In this document: positions 22,752 through 39,276 of the stretch, one piece after another
Layout of the letters: each line of letters opens with the position of its first letter
Numbering within the stretch: the stretch's first letter is position 1
Source of the DNA: Lophium mytilinum
Taxonomy: Eukaryota
Assembly (NCBI GenBank): GCA_010093605.1
Contig: MU004198.1
Coordinates: 126,726 to 190,725, forward strand
Direction: 5' to 3'
DNA: 64,000 bases
The notes under the pieces: generated by a model
Told to the model about the DNA's origin: nothing
What the model saw: only the letters and a program-made list of their open reading frames with translations
Databases searched by the model: none
Program-made: the position numbers and the translations under genes

Positions 22752-25258
22752 TCACGTCTCATTGGTGTGGGCGCCCTCATAGTGAGAAGCGATGTCTCCA
22801 GCTATGCTTAATAGCGCGTGCGAGAGACGGTCTCCCGGCCCATGAATATGCTTGTATAGGCTCACTGTTTCCCGCCGCCTCCAAAGGCAATCTGAGACCG
22901 GACAGCGCAACAAGGTATCCATTCTCTTCTTGCTGACGTATTTAGTCTACAGAAGTTAGATCGTTTCGCTGAAAGTATAGCACAATCTCTCACAAGTTTG
23001 ATTACGTATTTCTCATCTGGGTCATAATCTTTGATGCGGCATTCTGGTATGTTGCCACACGTGCATGACCCGGTCTCAGCACACAGTTCGCGTTTTCTTT
23101 GCGCAAGGGCAGGTTCATCTCGTAGACATAACATGATATGAGACGGTTGAAGGCAGAATCTGTTATGACACAGGAGATAGCTCGTAAGGTTTCCTGAACG
23201 AATCAGTTTCATATCGACATGAAAGATGGGAGAATACCAACCATCAACCCAATGACCCCATGTCTTCTCGTCTACCAAATTGCAGCCTAACATAATTAGC
23301 ATGGCTGCCGGTAGCTTGATTCTATGAAGTCCTTTGCATTTGTGGCATTGAAAGGGAACCATCGCTTCGCGCACGGGGTTGATAACAACAGTACCCAGAC
23401 ACGGCGCGGAATCACTTAAATACTGTGCATTTTCAGTATAGATCGTCCTCTTCTCAGAACCAAGATGCCCCCAAGGAATGAGGGAGGCATTCGAGGTGCG
23501 AAGTAACGAAAACGCTCTATTGGTAACTCCTCGACGGAACGTGCTGCAAGTGAATAACGCGGACGAGGACTTTCTGCCGACGTGGACTTCGCACTTCTGT
23601 TTTTTAGGTTTCCTTAAGCATGAACCGTGGGACAAATGCCCAAGGACGTTCTTGACAAGTTTCTGGCAATGAGGGCAGGGCCGGGGCTTGATGTGCTCTT
23701 GTGGATTTAGAGAGGGTGCAGAAGCGCACCTTTCAGCGATATGTCCGTAGAGATTACGCACGCGCACTTCACAATACGGACAAGCCTCCTTGTAATCTTT
23801 ATAGTCGGTCATGCCTTGCATGTCATTGCCTGAGGTGGTGACCTGAGGCACATTATCCAAATCATGTTGGACAGTCTCCCGGGACATTTGTGGTGGTGCT
23901 CGTCGTCTTATTGGCACGACAGGGCCCTCGTCGTCGTCGTCGTCGTCTTCGCCGAGGTCACCTTCATCATGATTGCTCTCATTCATGCTGGCGTCCGAAG
24001 CATCAGCACAAAGATCGATAAATCTTTCGTCTGAATCGTATGAGCGTGGTCCTAATACTCGTGCTCGATCCTTCGAACTGATACCAGCTGCCACTCTGGA
24101 ACTCGTACCAACGTTCTGGGTGTAGGCTATACTTGATCCTAAAGTCCTCCTGGAAAAGCTGTCCTCGACTGGAGTGGAATCACGATAAAGGTCATCGACG
24201 GATTCGTCAGCGTTCGGTGGCGATCCTTGGTCATATACGGAGCTGGAAGGGCTGTTGACTGTAGCTAATGGACTACTCGCACCTACTTGGCAGGTGTCCC
24301 CTTCGTCATCATCTTGTTCGTCGGCTATCTCCTCAAAGGATAGATTTCGGTTGACAGCGTGTTTGTTGTCATAGTTCTCTTCGTCCTGGACATCTGGAGG
24401 ATCCATAGTAAGATCAATGACCTCGCTAGTACTTCTGTGGGGATCTGAGGGCATGGTTGGTGTGGGTGCCTCCGAAGTTGAATTCTCAGACTTCACCGAG
24501 TCTTCTAATTTATTTTCGACTATGGTCTGCTCGACCTGAGCAGTGACCTCGAGATCCAATTCTCTCCGCAGTGTCGAGAAGCTGTATATCTTTTTGTCGC
24601 ACCAGTATTTGAGCGCATCTTTACTCTGCTTAAGATCGCTAGCATTTACCCCAAACCAAGGCAGCATGCGAACGTGTTCTTTGCAATACTTGATGATCGT
24701 TCGGCGGTCCCAGGCGGGACTCTCTGGGTACTCTTGCAGGACGTACTCTTCAAAGCTGGCTTTAGTTTTCTTGAAGAACTCCCAAGTTTCTTGAGTGAAC
24801 TTGTTGGCGTCCCTCTTGCGCCGTTCCACAGCTTTTCTGTCTTGTAGAATAGTTCGCCATCTGCTAGCTGACGTCTCTGAGGTAATATTACTCTTGGAAG
24901 ATAGGTGGCGTCCCTCGTTCGGTTTTGACGCACTGGTCGGAGTTCCTAAACTCTGTTCTATTGGTACTTTAGATGGCTCTCTGCGAGGGCAGCCCCCCCT
25001 TGTCTTTAGGATACTACGCGGTACTGCTGAATGCCGCTTTTTAAAAGGCTCCTCTCCACTCTCCTCTGCCGTGTTCTCTTCTTCATCAATATCCTCATCA
25101 TCGGTGATGCCCGACCAAGAAGCGTCCGTGTATTCCTGTTTCTCCGACTCCACAATTGTCTCCTCGGTAGGCTTCTCCTTGTGTGGGCGCTTCCTCTTCT
25201 TTCCACTGGCTGGGTTGTGCATGTGCGGCATACGCGTGACCGGGACCGGAGAGACCAT
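22752..25258 (-). CDS. Hypothetical zinc-binding protein with degenerate His-Cys-box/His-Me finger domain and CxxC..H..C fingers
   Basis: 815-aa ORF with CPYC..H..C, CPHC..H..C and LCHNRFCLQPSH...C-x5-CTC-x5-C. A probable terminal intron (TCTAAC branch, TAG acceptor near 22947) adds an exon with CPVSDC...HYEGAH ending in TGA at 22752. The start codon is uncertain. Confidence 0.7.
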
Positions 25259-26999
25259 ATTGTTGCCTCGGTGCAACCTGGCTTTTCGGATACGCCAAGG
25301 AACTCTCAACCAGGATTGTCAGAGACGTCAACGATCGACTTTGGACAATAACCTGAGGCATTACTGTCAGTAAGTTGCATATATATAAAGTCTGACGTGG
25401 AGGTAGAGGCAGAAAATGGTATTCTCGCCATGGCAAGCGGGGAACGAGAGAGTTTGACCTACCAGAGAAAGGAAGGCAATCTCGTATGAGCAGATCGTCC
25501 GCGTAGATGTATGGCAAGCACAGCTCTGTACTCTACCGTCCCACCAATCTCGGTCTGCTTCGTCCTGTGTTCATGAGTTGCGTGTGGTGGAAGCGCGTGG
25601 CTGACACAATGTGCGATGGTTGTTTGCTTCTTGTACGACATCAACATCAAGCACGTGATTAAACATCCAAGCGACCTCTGCAACCTTTCCGTATGCTTAG
25701 CACGATTGTGACTTGTATCTCTGAGAGTTCAATTAGCACCATTCTATGCTATAAGGCTTTTGAAAATCAAGTTTTCCAAAATCCAACACCACCCGGGCCA
25801 AGAGCCACTGAGAGGAAAGCCTCACAGAATGCGTCTCCAGTTCACCGTATCATTTTCTTCAACCTCTTTCACAACTCTTAATATACTCCCATTACTGCCA
25901 TTACTCTCCCCTCCACCCCACACAAATTTAGTCGCAAAACTTCAGACATCCACACTCCTCCGCCATGCCACTGCTTAAAAGTCTGATCCCGTCACACGCA
26001 ACAAGCAAGCCACCCACTGCGCACTAACAACATGATCTACAACATATCTCGCATTCACTAAATACACCAGACGCTAACAGAAATCTAATCGCAACTTCCT
26101 CTTTCCCAACCCTAGTGGCTCAACCCACCTCACGTCTCTCTCCCTACAAGCAATGATGAGGAACAAGAGCCCGAGAACCTGAATTTTTAAGGAGTCGAGA
26201 GTGTGTAACACTGAGAAGAAAAGGAGGGAAGGATGAGACTAATATGCGCAAAGCGGAGAGCAGAGACATCACGAAATACTTCATCTTAACACACCACACA
26301 CCACAAACCACGCCTCATCAACCTCACCATCTTTCAAATCGTCGAATCGAGTAGGGAGCTTTACTAAAGTATTAAACACACACAACTCAGAGTGCCGGTA
26401 TATCTCGAAGAAGAAAAAAAGAACTCCAGCGTCCGCCTAATGCAGCCGGCCCAGAGTCCCCATTCCCGCCACTAACCAAGTCCAAATGTAAAAGAAAAAA
26501 GGAAAAAGAGAAAAAGGGGATCTGTAAAACTTTTTGTAGTCGCGTCGCGGGAAGGGGGACCCGGACACCCCCACCAAATTTCCCTGCTCCCAGCGCCCCG
26601 TTTCAAAACGTACATGAAGACTTTACTCACCCCCCCATCCCATCTTCTTGCCGTTCTTTCGTGAAGTGTTGGGTTCAGGACGCACAGGAAATGGAGTTAG
26701 TTCGTCGTTGGAAACCCCGAGAACCCAACCACCATGCACAAGAAGCAAAAGCGCAGCAAAAAAGAGGGGTTTAGACAAGAGGAGCCTGCATGGAAATGTG
26801 TAGAAGTGACAAGCATACAAACCCCCCTCCCCCCTCACACTCCAAGGTACAGCCAGACGAAGTTTTGCCCCCGCCCAGAAATACTGCAAGAAGGCGACAT
26901 AAGCGTTCCCATTCCCATGCAACCGTACACTCGTCCATTATAGAAAGAAGATAACAGTCCCCACGACACGAGATTGAGAGAGAGATGCGGCCCACTTGC

Positions 27000-29050
27000 C
27001 TAAGAAGCAATGGCGCGAGAGCCTGGCGGACCGCCCTTTCGTCCCTTGGTGGACTTCTGGGGAACAGTACTCCAGCCGTCGTCTTCCAGGACCTGAGTGG
27101 TAGATTCGGTAGCGGGAGCGGGGGCGCCAGACTTTCGTCTCCATGCACCGGTCTCGGCTTTGGGTGCGTTGCGGACGATCTCTTTAGGCTTCACGGCCTT
27201 GTCGTCAACGATGTTGCCGTTAGCAGGGGCGTCGACAGCGTCATCTTCGGGTTCGTCAGTTTCGCCGTTTTCGTCATCTATGCGTCGTAGAATCTCGTTG
27301 TTTTTGGCGGCTGGCTGGTCTCCGCCATTCTCTTTAGCCTCTTTCGAGGACTCCTTTGGGCTTGAGGGAGTTTGAGCGTCCTTCTCCTTATCGGCAGCTC
27401 TCGCGGCAACATCCTTAGCTCTCTTCTCTTCACGTGCTTTGTCGTCATGCTCCTTCTTCTGGCGAATAGCGAGCAGGTGCTTCTCTTCAATCTCTTTCTC
27501 TTTCTTAGCAGTATCGATCGGCTTGGCAGCGCCGAACGGGTTGGGCTTTGAGTCGGTGGAGGATGCAGAAGCCGGAGCAGGCTCTGACTCCGAGACGGTA
27601 CGTTTAGCCAAGTTCAACCTCGGACGCGTAGCAGGGGCTGCGTGCGAGGGCGCAGGAGACGAAGGTACGCTCGCATCGGGGGTAGAGGTGGGCGACTTGG
27701 CTGGCGCATCTGGCCTCATCTTGGTTCGCCACTGGTTGTCAAGCTCGGGTGCGGTAGGTTGTCGGTCGTATGCTGGGCGGTCAGCGAACTCGCGGCGCGG
27801 TGGGCGTGAGCCATCGTTGGATCGACCTTCTCCCCGGCCTTCGCCCCATCCCGGCGACTGTCGTCGCTCTGGACGAGGGCCTCCATCGTTGCTGCGAACA
27901 CGTCCGCCTTCTCTCATGCCGCCAGTAGGTGGGACGGGGGACAAGGGGCCTTTCCGCTCCCAGTTGCTGAAGTCACGGACTTTACCGTCGCTCTCGAAGG
28001 CAGGACGCCTACGGTCTCCGCCACGTTCGCTGCCGGCGTCAGAGCCGTTGTCGCCAAATGCGCGCTGGTATCCGCCGCCTCGCTCAGACACACGGCGATT
28101 TCCGCCTGGGAGGTCAGGCAACGGCCCTTTGCGAGTCCAGTCGGTGATTTCGCGTTGTCCCTCGCGGTCCTTGGCTAAGCTCGTGTTAGTAGACTTCCTT
28201 GCTTGGGTCCGGGACAGGCTTACGAGGCTCAGCGACGCTAATTCGGATATTTCTACCCTGGAATTGCGTGCCGTTTAGCTCCAAAGCCTTTTTCAGGCCA
28301 TCAAGAGATCCAAACTCGACATATCCAAAGCCTTTCGGCTTCCTCTCCATCTTGTCCTCCACGATGCGGACATTTGTCACCTCACATCCACTGAAGAAGT
28401 CGGTGATGTCGCCCTCGGTAGCATCGAAGGAAAGGTTGCCAAGATGGGCGGTATACGGGGGTTTCGTGGGGAGGGGCAGCGCTTCACGGACGGCGTAGTT
28501 GCGGTCATTAGTGCCTGAAGTTGTGTCAGATGATTGTTGGGAAAGGACAGCCTTAGCAGAGACTTGTGTCGGCACATACTGGCAAAGCCACGGTCTGCGT
28601 ATCCGCCAGCGGAACCAAAGGTAGGTCGGCCTCCGCCATATCCAGTAGTCTGGGCTGTTGAAAAATGTGAGCGATTTTTCGAAAAACTTGCCGGTGCCAA
28701 GAGTATTTTTTGGCTATGTACCTGAAGCTGCGAATTGTCAGTATTGATCGGCAAAGGATGCGCGAGGCAGGTGACTTACTGCCAAGAGGCATATCCTCCA
28801 TTTCATCGGCCCATGATCCCAGAGCTGTATGTCGTTAGTCAAGGACGTCATGCCGGTTGGAGAGGTCGGCGCATACCTTGGTCGGTCAGAAAGTCCCCCA
28901 GGGACAGTTTCTGCTGCTGTTTCTTCGGAGGAGCTATGAATAAAGTGTCAGTCATGGTCTCAGTACCTTGCGAGACATGTCCGCTCGCAGCGAGCGATCT
29001 GTGGCCATGTCTCTGCCTTGCGGCGGCCGCACGAAGGGAAACGCACCCAT
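27000..29050 (-). CDS. TIF3: Translation initiation factor eIF4B, multi-exon
   Basis: MAPPKKQQQKLSLGDFLTD, GSWADEMED, RRM (PPYTAHLGNL, KGFGYVEF), DWTRKGPLP, PNPFGAAKP. A 4-nt first exon and a candidate 6-nt micro-exon are present; the last intron is at 28175-28223. Confidence 0.93.
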
Positions 29051-29346
29051 GATTGCGAGGCAAAGTCAACGCGCTGTTCGATGAGCGCGCTAGACGGTAT
29101 TGTTGAGAGAAGCAGCGGGGCCTCTCGAGCAGTGTTTGTATGGTGAGCTTGCGTGCGAAAGTGGTGTAAGATGGCCGATACGTGATCGAGCCGGGTCTTG
29201 GCCAGGTGGAAGTGAGGGCGAAAGAATTGAGGTGGGAGGTTCAGAAAGTGCCAAGCCGCGCTAGCGGACGTCCTCCAGCCGGCCAGGACCTCTCCTTTCG
29301 AACCGTGGTCGTTCATTGATTTGTATGGGATTATGATTTTATAGCA

Positions 29347-30421
29347 ATGGACCTGCCGATCGCAGAACCTCATATCACACGGCCCGCAGAGGTTCTGCAG
29401 CCGGCCTTGAAAGCGGGAGCATTTTCGGGTATGTATATTTCCTTCATTGTCCGCATGAAAAAGAGACCAAGTCCACATGTCAAGCAAAACTTGTGTTCCA
29501 ATGTCCTAGTACTATTACCTACAGTCTTATTATACTTCTTTGCACTCTATATACCATTGTCAACTGTAGGGAAGAGCCTTTTAGAAATGCCGCTTCTGCC
29601 AAGTTTATTCGCACACCCTTCTTTCTTCCATCTCATTAGCAACTATTTCCTTCGACAGCCGTCCACGTTCAGCAATGGCGTACTAACAATGCCCAGGTGG
29701 CGTCGGCATTCTAGTCGGAGGTGCTGCAGGTATCGTGCGGTCGTCAACGCCTGTTCTGTTCGCAACCGCTTCCGGCCTCCAATGGTTTGCTGTAGGCAGC
29801 ACCTTTTGGGGTATGTCGTTTAACGAGAATTCGAAAGCACTAATTAACCTTTTACAAAGCTACTCGAGGCGTCATTCTCCAACGTCACGGCCTCTTGAAC
29901 TGGTTTGAGTCGAAACGAGGTGCTCCACTTTCCACTGATGACGATATTCCTACAACAAAAGACCGGGTCACGGCGAGCGCAGTTGCGGGAGGGATCACCG
30001 GAGGTTCTCTTGCAGCACTGTTCCGTATGTCTTCTCTTCAAAACTCCGTAAATGACGGGCATTGGACTAACTGTGGAAAGGCGGGCGTAGCAACATAATC
30101 CCAGCGACTATAATGTTCACCGTTTTCGGGTACGGAGGCCAGAGCATTTACAACGCCCTCGACGCTCGCAATACGCATGAGCAGCAAGAGAGAATCCAGA
30201 ACCCCAAGCCGCCGGCAGAGGGAAACATCATTCATAGAATGGCGAAGTCGCGATGGAGCCCGATGAAGTTCCTCTCCGACGAGGAATACGAACACATGCT
30301 TCAGGAGAAGCTTCTCAGCATCGAGGCCGAAATTGCCATGATTGATGACACCATCGATAAATTCAAGAAAGAGCGAGACCAGGATTCGATTGCAAGTCCA
30401 AAGGAGGACGATCAATCGTGA
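29347..30421 (+). CDS. Conserved fungal membrane protein, Tim17/22/23-like Gly-rich helices, 4 exons
   Basis: Spliced reading GGVGILVGGAAGIVRS..QWF, AVAGGITGG, NIIPATIMFTVFGYGGQ and C-terminal PMKFLSDEEYEHMLQEKLL. GTATGT donors; first intron at 29429-29696. Confidence 0.75.
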
Positions 30422-31829
30422 CTACAGAGGAATATCTGACTGTAAGATGGGGCTTTGCCCTAAAAATTTCGTGTAAGATGAAAGGAGAGGAACCGGCAGC
30501 CCTATATCAGGACGGCGACCATAGAATCGAACCAGGCTATTGTATTCATACCAAGGCGAACGGTGATCTCAGCTACATAGTTGAGGTAGATGCGAACCGC
30601 AAACGCTAGCACAGCATCACTATCGATCATTACGACTGGAGGGGCCAGCAAAAAAAGCTACCGCTGAAACTAGCATATAATCTGTAAAATTATGTACAAT
30701 AAACCACATTCAAGACAGCCTTCAAATTCCAACCGCAACTCTCCTAGTCTACTCTGATCCTACCAAACCTCAACAAATATGTGTCAGCCTCCAGTGTCCC
30801 ATCCTTAACGACCCCGTTCTAACTCATCTCGTCCGACTTCCCCTATACAACACGCAGTCACAAGACCCACCCTCGAGAACTTACATCTTCTTCCACACAT
30901 CCTCCTCAAAACACCTTCATATTTCCTACCAAATAGTTCTTTGTGGCAGCCTCTCTAACAAACCCCCAACCTCCATAGTCCTTCTCTCCAATCCCCCCAT
31001 ACCCCAAAACTGTAGTGCAGCTCTCCAACCCAACCCCTCTCTATCGACTCCACTAAGAACAAAAACCCCGGCCCCGTCCCCGTTTCATCTTCAAACCTTA
31101 ACCCAAAGTCCACCGGCCTCGTTTCAACGTGACAGCCCTGCAACGGAGAACTCGGGCAGAGCTTCTAGAAGCTAGAATTAGCTTTCCCCGCCTACCTCCG
31201 TGTTTCATGCCAAACCCTATCTTCAACTCAGCCACACCAGCCTCCAGCTATGTATGACGACATCGTAAGTCGTGAGAGGTGAGGAAGCGAGCACCCAGAT
31301 CCGTCTGAGAAAATACCGTGAATCAAGCAATATATGATATGTATCACGATTCACCAATGCTAGACAAATATAGATAGAACACCACAGTCCCATATGCATT
31401 CCACACATACATCTACTCTACTCAGCACACAGGACCATACCGTCCCCCCCTTACTTTCCCATCCCGCCTATCCCGCCCATCCCACAAACCCACAAACCGC
31501 ACCCCCTCTTCCCAAAACTCCCCCAAAGAAACTCGCTAAATAGCAATTGCCCCCAGTCGCCAGTACAAAGTGCCCGGAAGCAGAATCCCTACCCTCCCGT
31601 CTCTTCATGAAGCTGCTCCATATACGCCCTTCTCCCCAGATAAAAGTGTGTCCGTGCTCATCAAAAGACGAGTTGGAGAGAAAGAAGAAAAGAAGAAAAG
31701 TAGAAGAAGAAAAAAAAGTCCCACACTTCTAGATGATCCATCTACCACAAACCGCCTCTCAAAACCCCAATCCCAAACACGCTTCAACCCCTCTCCACAC
31801 CATCACTACCTCATTTGCACGGAAGTGGT

Positions 31830-33561
31830 TCACAACACCCCACCCGGCAACTGCACCGCCCCCCGACTGCCCCCATCCCACCCAAACCCTCCCCCGCCTC
31901 CTCCTCCACCCCCGGCTTGCACAGGCATCTGCTGCCCGCTCCCCACCGTACTCACATGCCCCTCCACCGGCGCCGCATGCTTCCGCAGCATAAACATCGG
32001 CTTCCGGCCCTCCTTGTCCAGTTGCTTGAACAAGATCAGCGGGCGCTCGTTCAGCCCTAGACAGCGCTCCTGGTCGCCGTGCACAATGTACAGCGCGTAC
32101 TGCCGCCAGTCGGCCGTGATGTTGTATTTCTTCAGCGCAACGGGGAGGACCTTGTGGCAGGGGTCGTCGATGCTCACGCGGAAGGACTTGAAGATCTCGA
32201 CTTGGGGGTTGCTCGAGGCGTTTGCGGAAGAGGGGGTGCTGGATTGTAGGGTCGAGGTCGATGTGTTGAGGGAGTTGCCGGATAGCGGTGGTTCGCGGTC
32301 GGTGTCTGGTGCCGGGGTGGTGGCGGAGCGCATGGGGCGGGAGGAAAGAGGGGCGGGCGTGGGGTTGCGGAGGGTGTCACGGTCGCCGACGATGGTGGAG
32401 CCGGTGCTCCAGGTAGACGAGTTGGGCCAGTTCGGGGTGGATTCGTGGTCTGGATGGGCGCTGCGAGGCAGATCGGAGCGGTTGAAGGAGCGGGCGGAGT
32501 TCTGGTTGATTGTGGAGTATGCGGGTGAGGTGGGTGAGGGTTGTGGTAGCTGGTTAGGTGACATGGCGGACTGGCCAGTCATGGATGCTGTGAGGTGTGA
32601 CGAGGCGGCCATTGCGGCTGCGGAGGGGTTTAGTGATGAGTTGTCGACCAAAGTCTGGTTTTCGTGGATGGTGGGCGAGGGGTTTTTCGGTGCTGATCCG
32701 AGAAATAGCTTCTTCGTAGAGAACTTCCTCGACAGGCTGCTTCCTGACCGCGATGGTTCTGGTGGAGGCGGTGGTGAAGCGAGTGCTGTGAGGTGGTCGT
32801 CTGGCGTTGGCAAAGGCTGTGATCTGTCTTTGACCATCCGTACGAGTGGAAGCACCTCTTCCCTTAGTTTTCTGTTCTCCTCGGCTACCCTGTTCAAGTC
32901 GTCTTTGAGATGCCGTAGTTCTGACTCGGCAATATGTATCCGTTCGTCTCGCGCCTGTATGATGTGTATGATGCGAGCTATATCGTCCTGGGTAGGAGCG
33001 ACGTCCTGCACCGTGGTATCTGCAGCTGTACACAAGTCAGTCTCCCGCCCCCACCAAAGATATCATAGTCCTTACAAAGCGGGATATAATGATCCGGTTC
33101 GATGGCCACATTCTGCTTAACCTTGATCTCATAAACGGCCTTGAGAATAGTAAGGCGATGCCCCACACTCGTCAAGCCCATCTCCTTCAACTCCGCATGC
33201 TGGAGCGCAATCAACGCATCGCCCGTGATGCCCTCGTCTAGAAGCTCAAAGTTAGCGCCTCCCTACTCCCATAAGCGCACGTAGACCTACCAATAAACGT
33301 CTCGGCATAGTGCTCAAGGCCAAGACTCGATATAAAGTCGGCACACTGCTCCGCCGACCACTGCGGTATCATGCCCGTCGGCGAGCCATGGCTGTCTCTC
33401 GAATGTGTAAACGTCGTCGGCGTGTGCTCGGTCGACGGCGGGCCGGAGCTCGTGGGGGAGCTGCCCTCAAAGTCCGGTGGGAGGGTAGGCGAGGTGATGA
33501 CGCTGCGCTCGTACTCGTCGTCGGCGTCCGAGTCCTCGTGGTAGGTTGACTTATAGGCCAT
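31830..33561 (-). CDS. STE50: MAPK adaptor Ste50 (SAM, coiled coil and RA domains), 3 exons
   Basis: SAM domain (WSAEQCADFI..LKEMGLTSVGHRLTILK) and RA domain (EIFKSFRVSIDDPC..WRQYALYIV..PMFMLRK). Predicted introns at 33238-33290 and 33026-33075. Confidence 0.95.
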
Positions 33562-34648
33562 GGCGGGCGGTGGCTGCTGTCCTGGTCCTCAGGCTGCTCT
33601 TCTCTGCTTGGGGAAGCTGCCAAGGCGCAGGTGCGAGGGGAAGCTCGCCGTTATCACGGCCGTCGATAGTGTCGTCGTCGAGCTGGGTGTGGTTGGCAGG
33701 CTGGCGATGCCGGAACCTGGCTGAGACGAAGCGAGATTGAGCAGCCGTGTTTCGCGGCCCTGAGGAGGGGCGTGCTGCGAGATTCGGGCTTCGAGACTCG
33801 AGAGTGGTGGAGGTGCCCGTGTCGGATAGAGCGTCGCGGTATGCTGGCCACGGGCGGGCGTGGGGCGCAGTCGAGAGGGAGAAGTTGGCAGGGCGGCGGC
33901 TGGCAACGGTCACGACAACAACGGAGAGGGGAGAGCAAGCGGAGAGCTTCAAGAGGCGCGCAGAAGGTCAACGTGGAGTCGAGGTGCCAGCGAGGCGTGC
34001 GGTGGCGGGCGGGCAGAGGAGGAGTATCATTCGCAGCAGGGCAGCGGAGTCGTCAGGGCGTCGGTGGTGGTGAGTGATGCGGCGCTGGGCCTGAGGTTGC
34101 CAGTAGGTCTAGCTCTTCAGCGGCAAAGCAGCCAATAGCTGGAATGCAAGCCCAACTCCAACAATACGCCTCGTTCTTATTGTCCAGCGAGAGCCCTCCA
34201 CCGCAGCCCATTCTACCCTTTACCGCCCGACGCTTGCCCGCTGCAGTCGACAATCCCCCCAAAGCAGCCTGAGCCACTACTCCCCGAAACTAGCGACAGC
34301 CGCCCGCATCGCCCGAGCGCTTAGCCACTCCAAAAAAAGCTATACAGACCCGGCACCGAGCTCGAATCCCCATCCACAACCTCCGTGCACGACCCAGGAG
34401 CGACCAGCCGGCCTGCAAGCTCACCAAAAATACGCATCGATAGCCCATTCACCGTTGATCGCAATCTACTGGAAGAAGACCACATTCATTGTGCAAGGCA
34501 TTCACTATCCAAGACCTTCACCCCAGCCCAGCCACCCGGTCCCGGCGACACCATTGGAATACCCAACCTCGAAACCCAGACTATCTCAACACCCTCCACC
34601 TAATACCAACTACCATCCTCCCAACCAAACATAATACCCACGCCCACA

Positions 34649-35095
34649 ATGCCCTCCACAACCCCCCTCCCCTCAACCGCCGCCACAGCCCCCCTCCCTC
34701 CCCTCATCCAAAACGCCCTCTACTCCGCCCTCATGACCTCCCGCTCCATCCCGACCATCCAAGCCACCCTAACCCACGAGCTGCAAGCTTCCGGCTGGAC
34801 CACCAACCTGCGCGCCTACATTCAACAGCTCCTGCGCTCGGGCGAGTGCGCGACGTACAACGAGGTCATGGCGCGGCTGATGGAGGAAACGCGCGTGCAG
34901 AAAAGCGGACGGGAGAACGGGGTGAATGGGCACGCGAACGGGGTGGTGAATGGGGTGGATGGGAACGCAGAGCGGCCGAGGAGCGTCGAGGAGGGCGGGA
35001 TTCTGATACCGGAGCGCGCGGTGAGGGAGGGAGTGAGGGTGGTAAGAAGGGAGTTGGAGAAGGTGGTGGAGGTTGCGGTGGAGGGGGAGAGTTGA
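34649..35095 (+). CDS. SUS1: Sus1/ENY2-family transcription-export factor
   Basis: LQASGWTTNLRAYIQQLLR and IPERAVREGVRVVRRELE are typical of fungal ENY2-like proteins. Confidence 0.75.
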   Translation: MPSTTPLPSTAATAPLPPLIQNALYSALMTSRSIPTIQATLTHELQASGWTTNLRAYIQQLLRSGECATYNEVMARLMEETRVQKSGRENGVNGHANGVVNGVDGNAERPRSVEEGGILIPERAVREGVRVVRRELEKVVEVAVEGES

Positions 35096-35799
35096 GCGCC
35101 GGGGAAACGAGGGGAGATGATTTTTGCGGAGGGGAGACGACACTGGGCACGATGGGATGGTGGAGGGGTAGAGTTGGATTGAGACGGATATGCTGTGGGC
35201 GGATCAGTGCGGCAGGAAAATCTACGGCTTTGTTGGAACGGGTTGGAAGGCTGAAATTGGTTTCATTTCGCTCGGAGTTGCTCCTGTCACCCGCAAGCAC
35301 TCCCTCCCTCGAATGCTTGGATTTGGGCATGCATAGCGAGGACCGGCGTTCAGGGTCACACAAGATTATATCCATGGGACAAACACGGCGTTTAGGCAGT
35401 CTGCCATGAAAGCGGCAAGCAAAATCCGATCTGTTGGTTACACAACTTGAAATGCAAGGAACAAGGGATGTTTGGGCGGCAAGCCCCTCGAGCATCACCA
35501 TCACAGTGCAATTATGAAAAACGTCGTTTTTAACATATGCATCTCATTGCTAAGCTAATCTGCTGCGTCTACCTATGCACAATTCGACTTCGTCCCGAAT
35601 TCGCAAATCAGAGACTGTCCGTTCCCCCTTCCCATCCCACCCACTTCCCGGCAGAATTAGTCGTAAGGAGGCATAGATGCTGGCAACTAGAAACACTCCG
35701 CTCAGTCTATCCGTGACCCGCCCACACCGAAGGAAAGGAAAGTAGTATCCATGCAGAGAACATCATTAGCCAAGAACTTGGACCCGTAAACCCGCTGGT

Positions 35800-38561
<2,762 letters not shown>

Positions 38562-39276
38562 GGTGGGCGAAGGAGTGTTGGGTGGCTAGAAAGACAAACA
38601 GAACTAGAGAAAGAGGGTTAGAAGCTGCGCAGTGATGGGGCTTGAGCAGCGGTGGTTGTGCGGTGGTTGTGGAGCGGGTGAGGCGATGAGCAAGGCAGCG
38701 GGCGAGGTTTTGTAGTTGGAGCTGGGTGCCAGGTGGTGATGTAGAGGTGAAAGCTAGGTACCGACGAACGCGCTACCCTAGGTCCGAGCGCAGGCCGCCT
38801 CAGGAAAGTCATCGACCTCGTTGGAAGCACCTCGACCAACAAGCCTTGCTTTGCAATCCGTGCCACCCTCAACGCTGCTTAGTACTGCCTGTCACGCCCA
38901 CCTGGTGTCTGATACACACGGCGCCGTCGTGCTCAAAGAGGCAATCCAGCAGTTGTCGTGTCGCCGCCATCCCGTCCCAAACCGTCACCTTGTGGGAGCC
39001 TCATTTATCTGCCTCCGGGGCAACGGCTACACTAATCTCTTCGGGGCGTCGAGTCTCAGCACAGTTTATGGAAGGTTGACGAAGGTGAATGCGAGTTCCG
39101 AAATGCCCACTTCTATTACTACACTCTCTCCCAATCATGCCTCTTGCTAGACTAATTTACCTATCGTCATTGATACAACTTGATGATAACCTCCTTCTTG
39201 GATGCAAAGCAGAAGCGCTAGCTCTGTCAGCAGCGTAAACATTCGCAGTCTCCAGCATTCACCATGATCTTTCTAA

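Noticed and set aside
29429..29696. Unusually long (268-nt) intron as a possible snoRNA host
   Set aside because: No C/D boxes or convincing H/ACA hairpins were seen.
31570..33120. 516-aa + strand ORF
   Set aside because: It is the antisense shadow of STE50, starts at GTG and has no recognisable domain; GC-rich codon usage explains the lack of stops.
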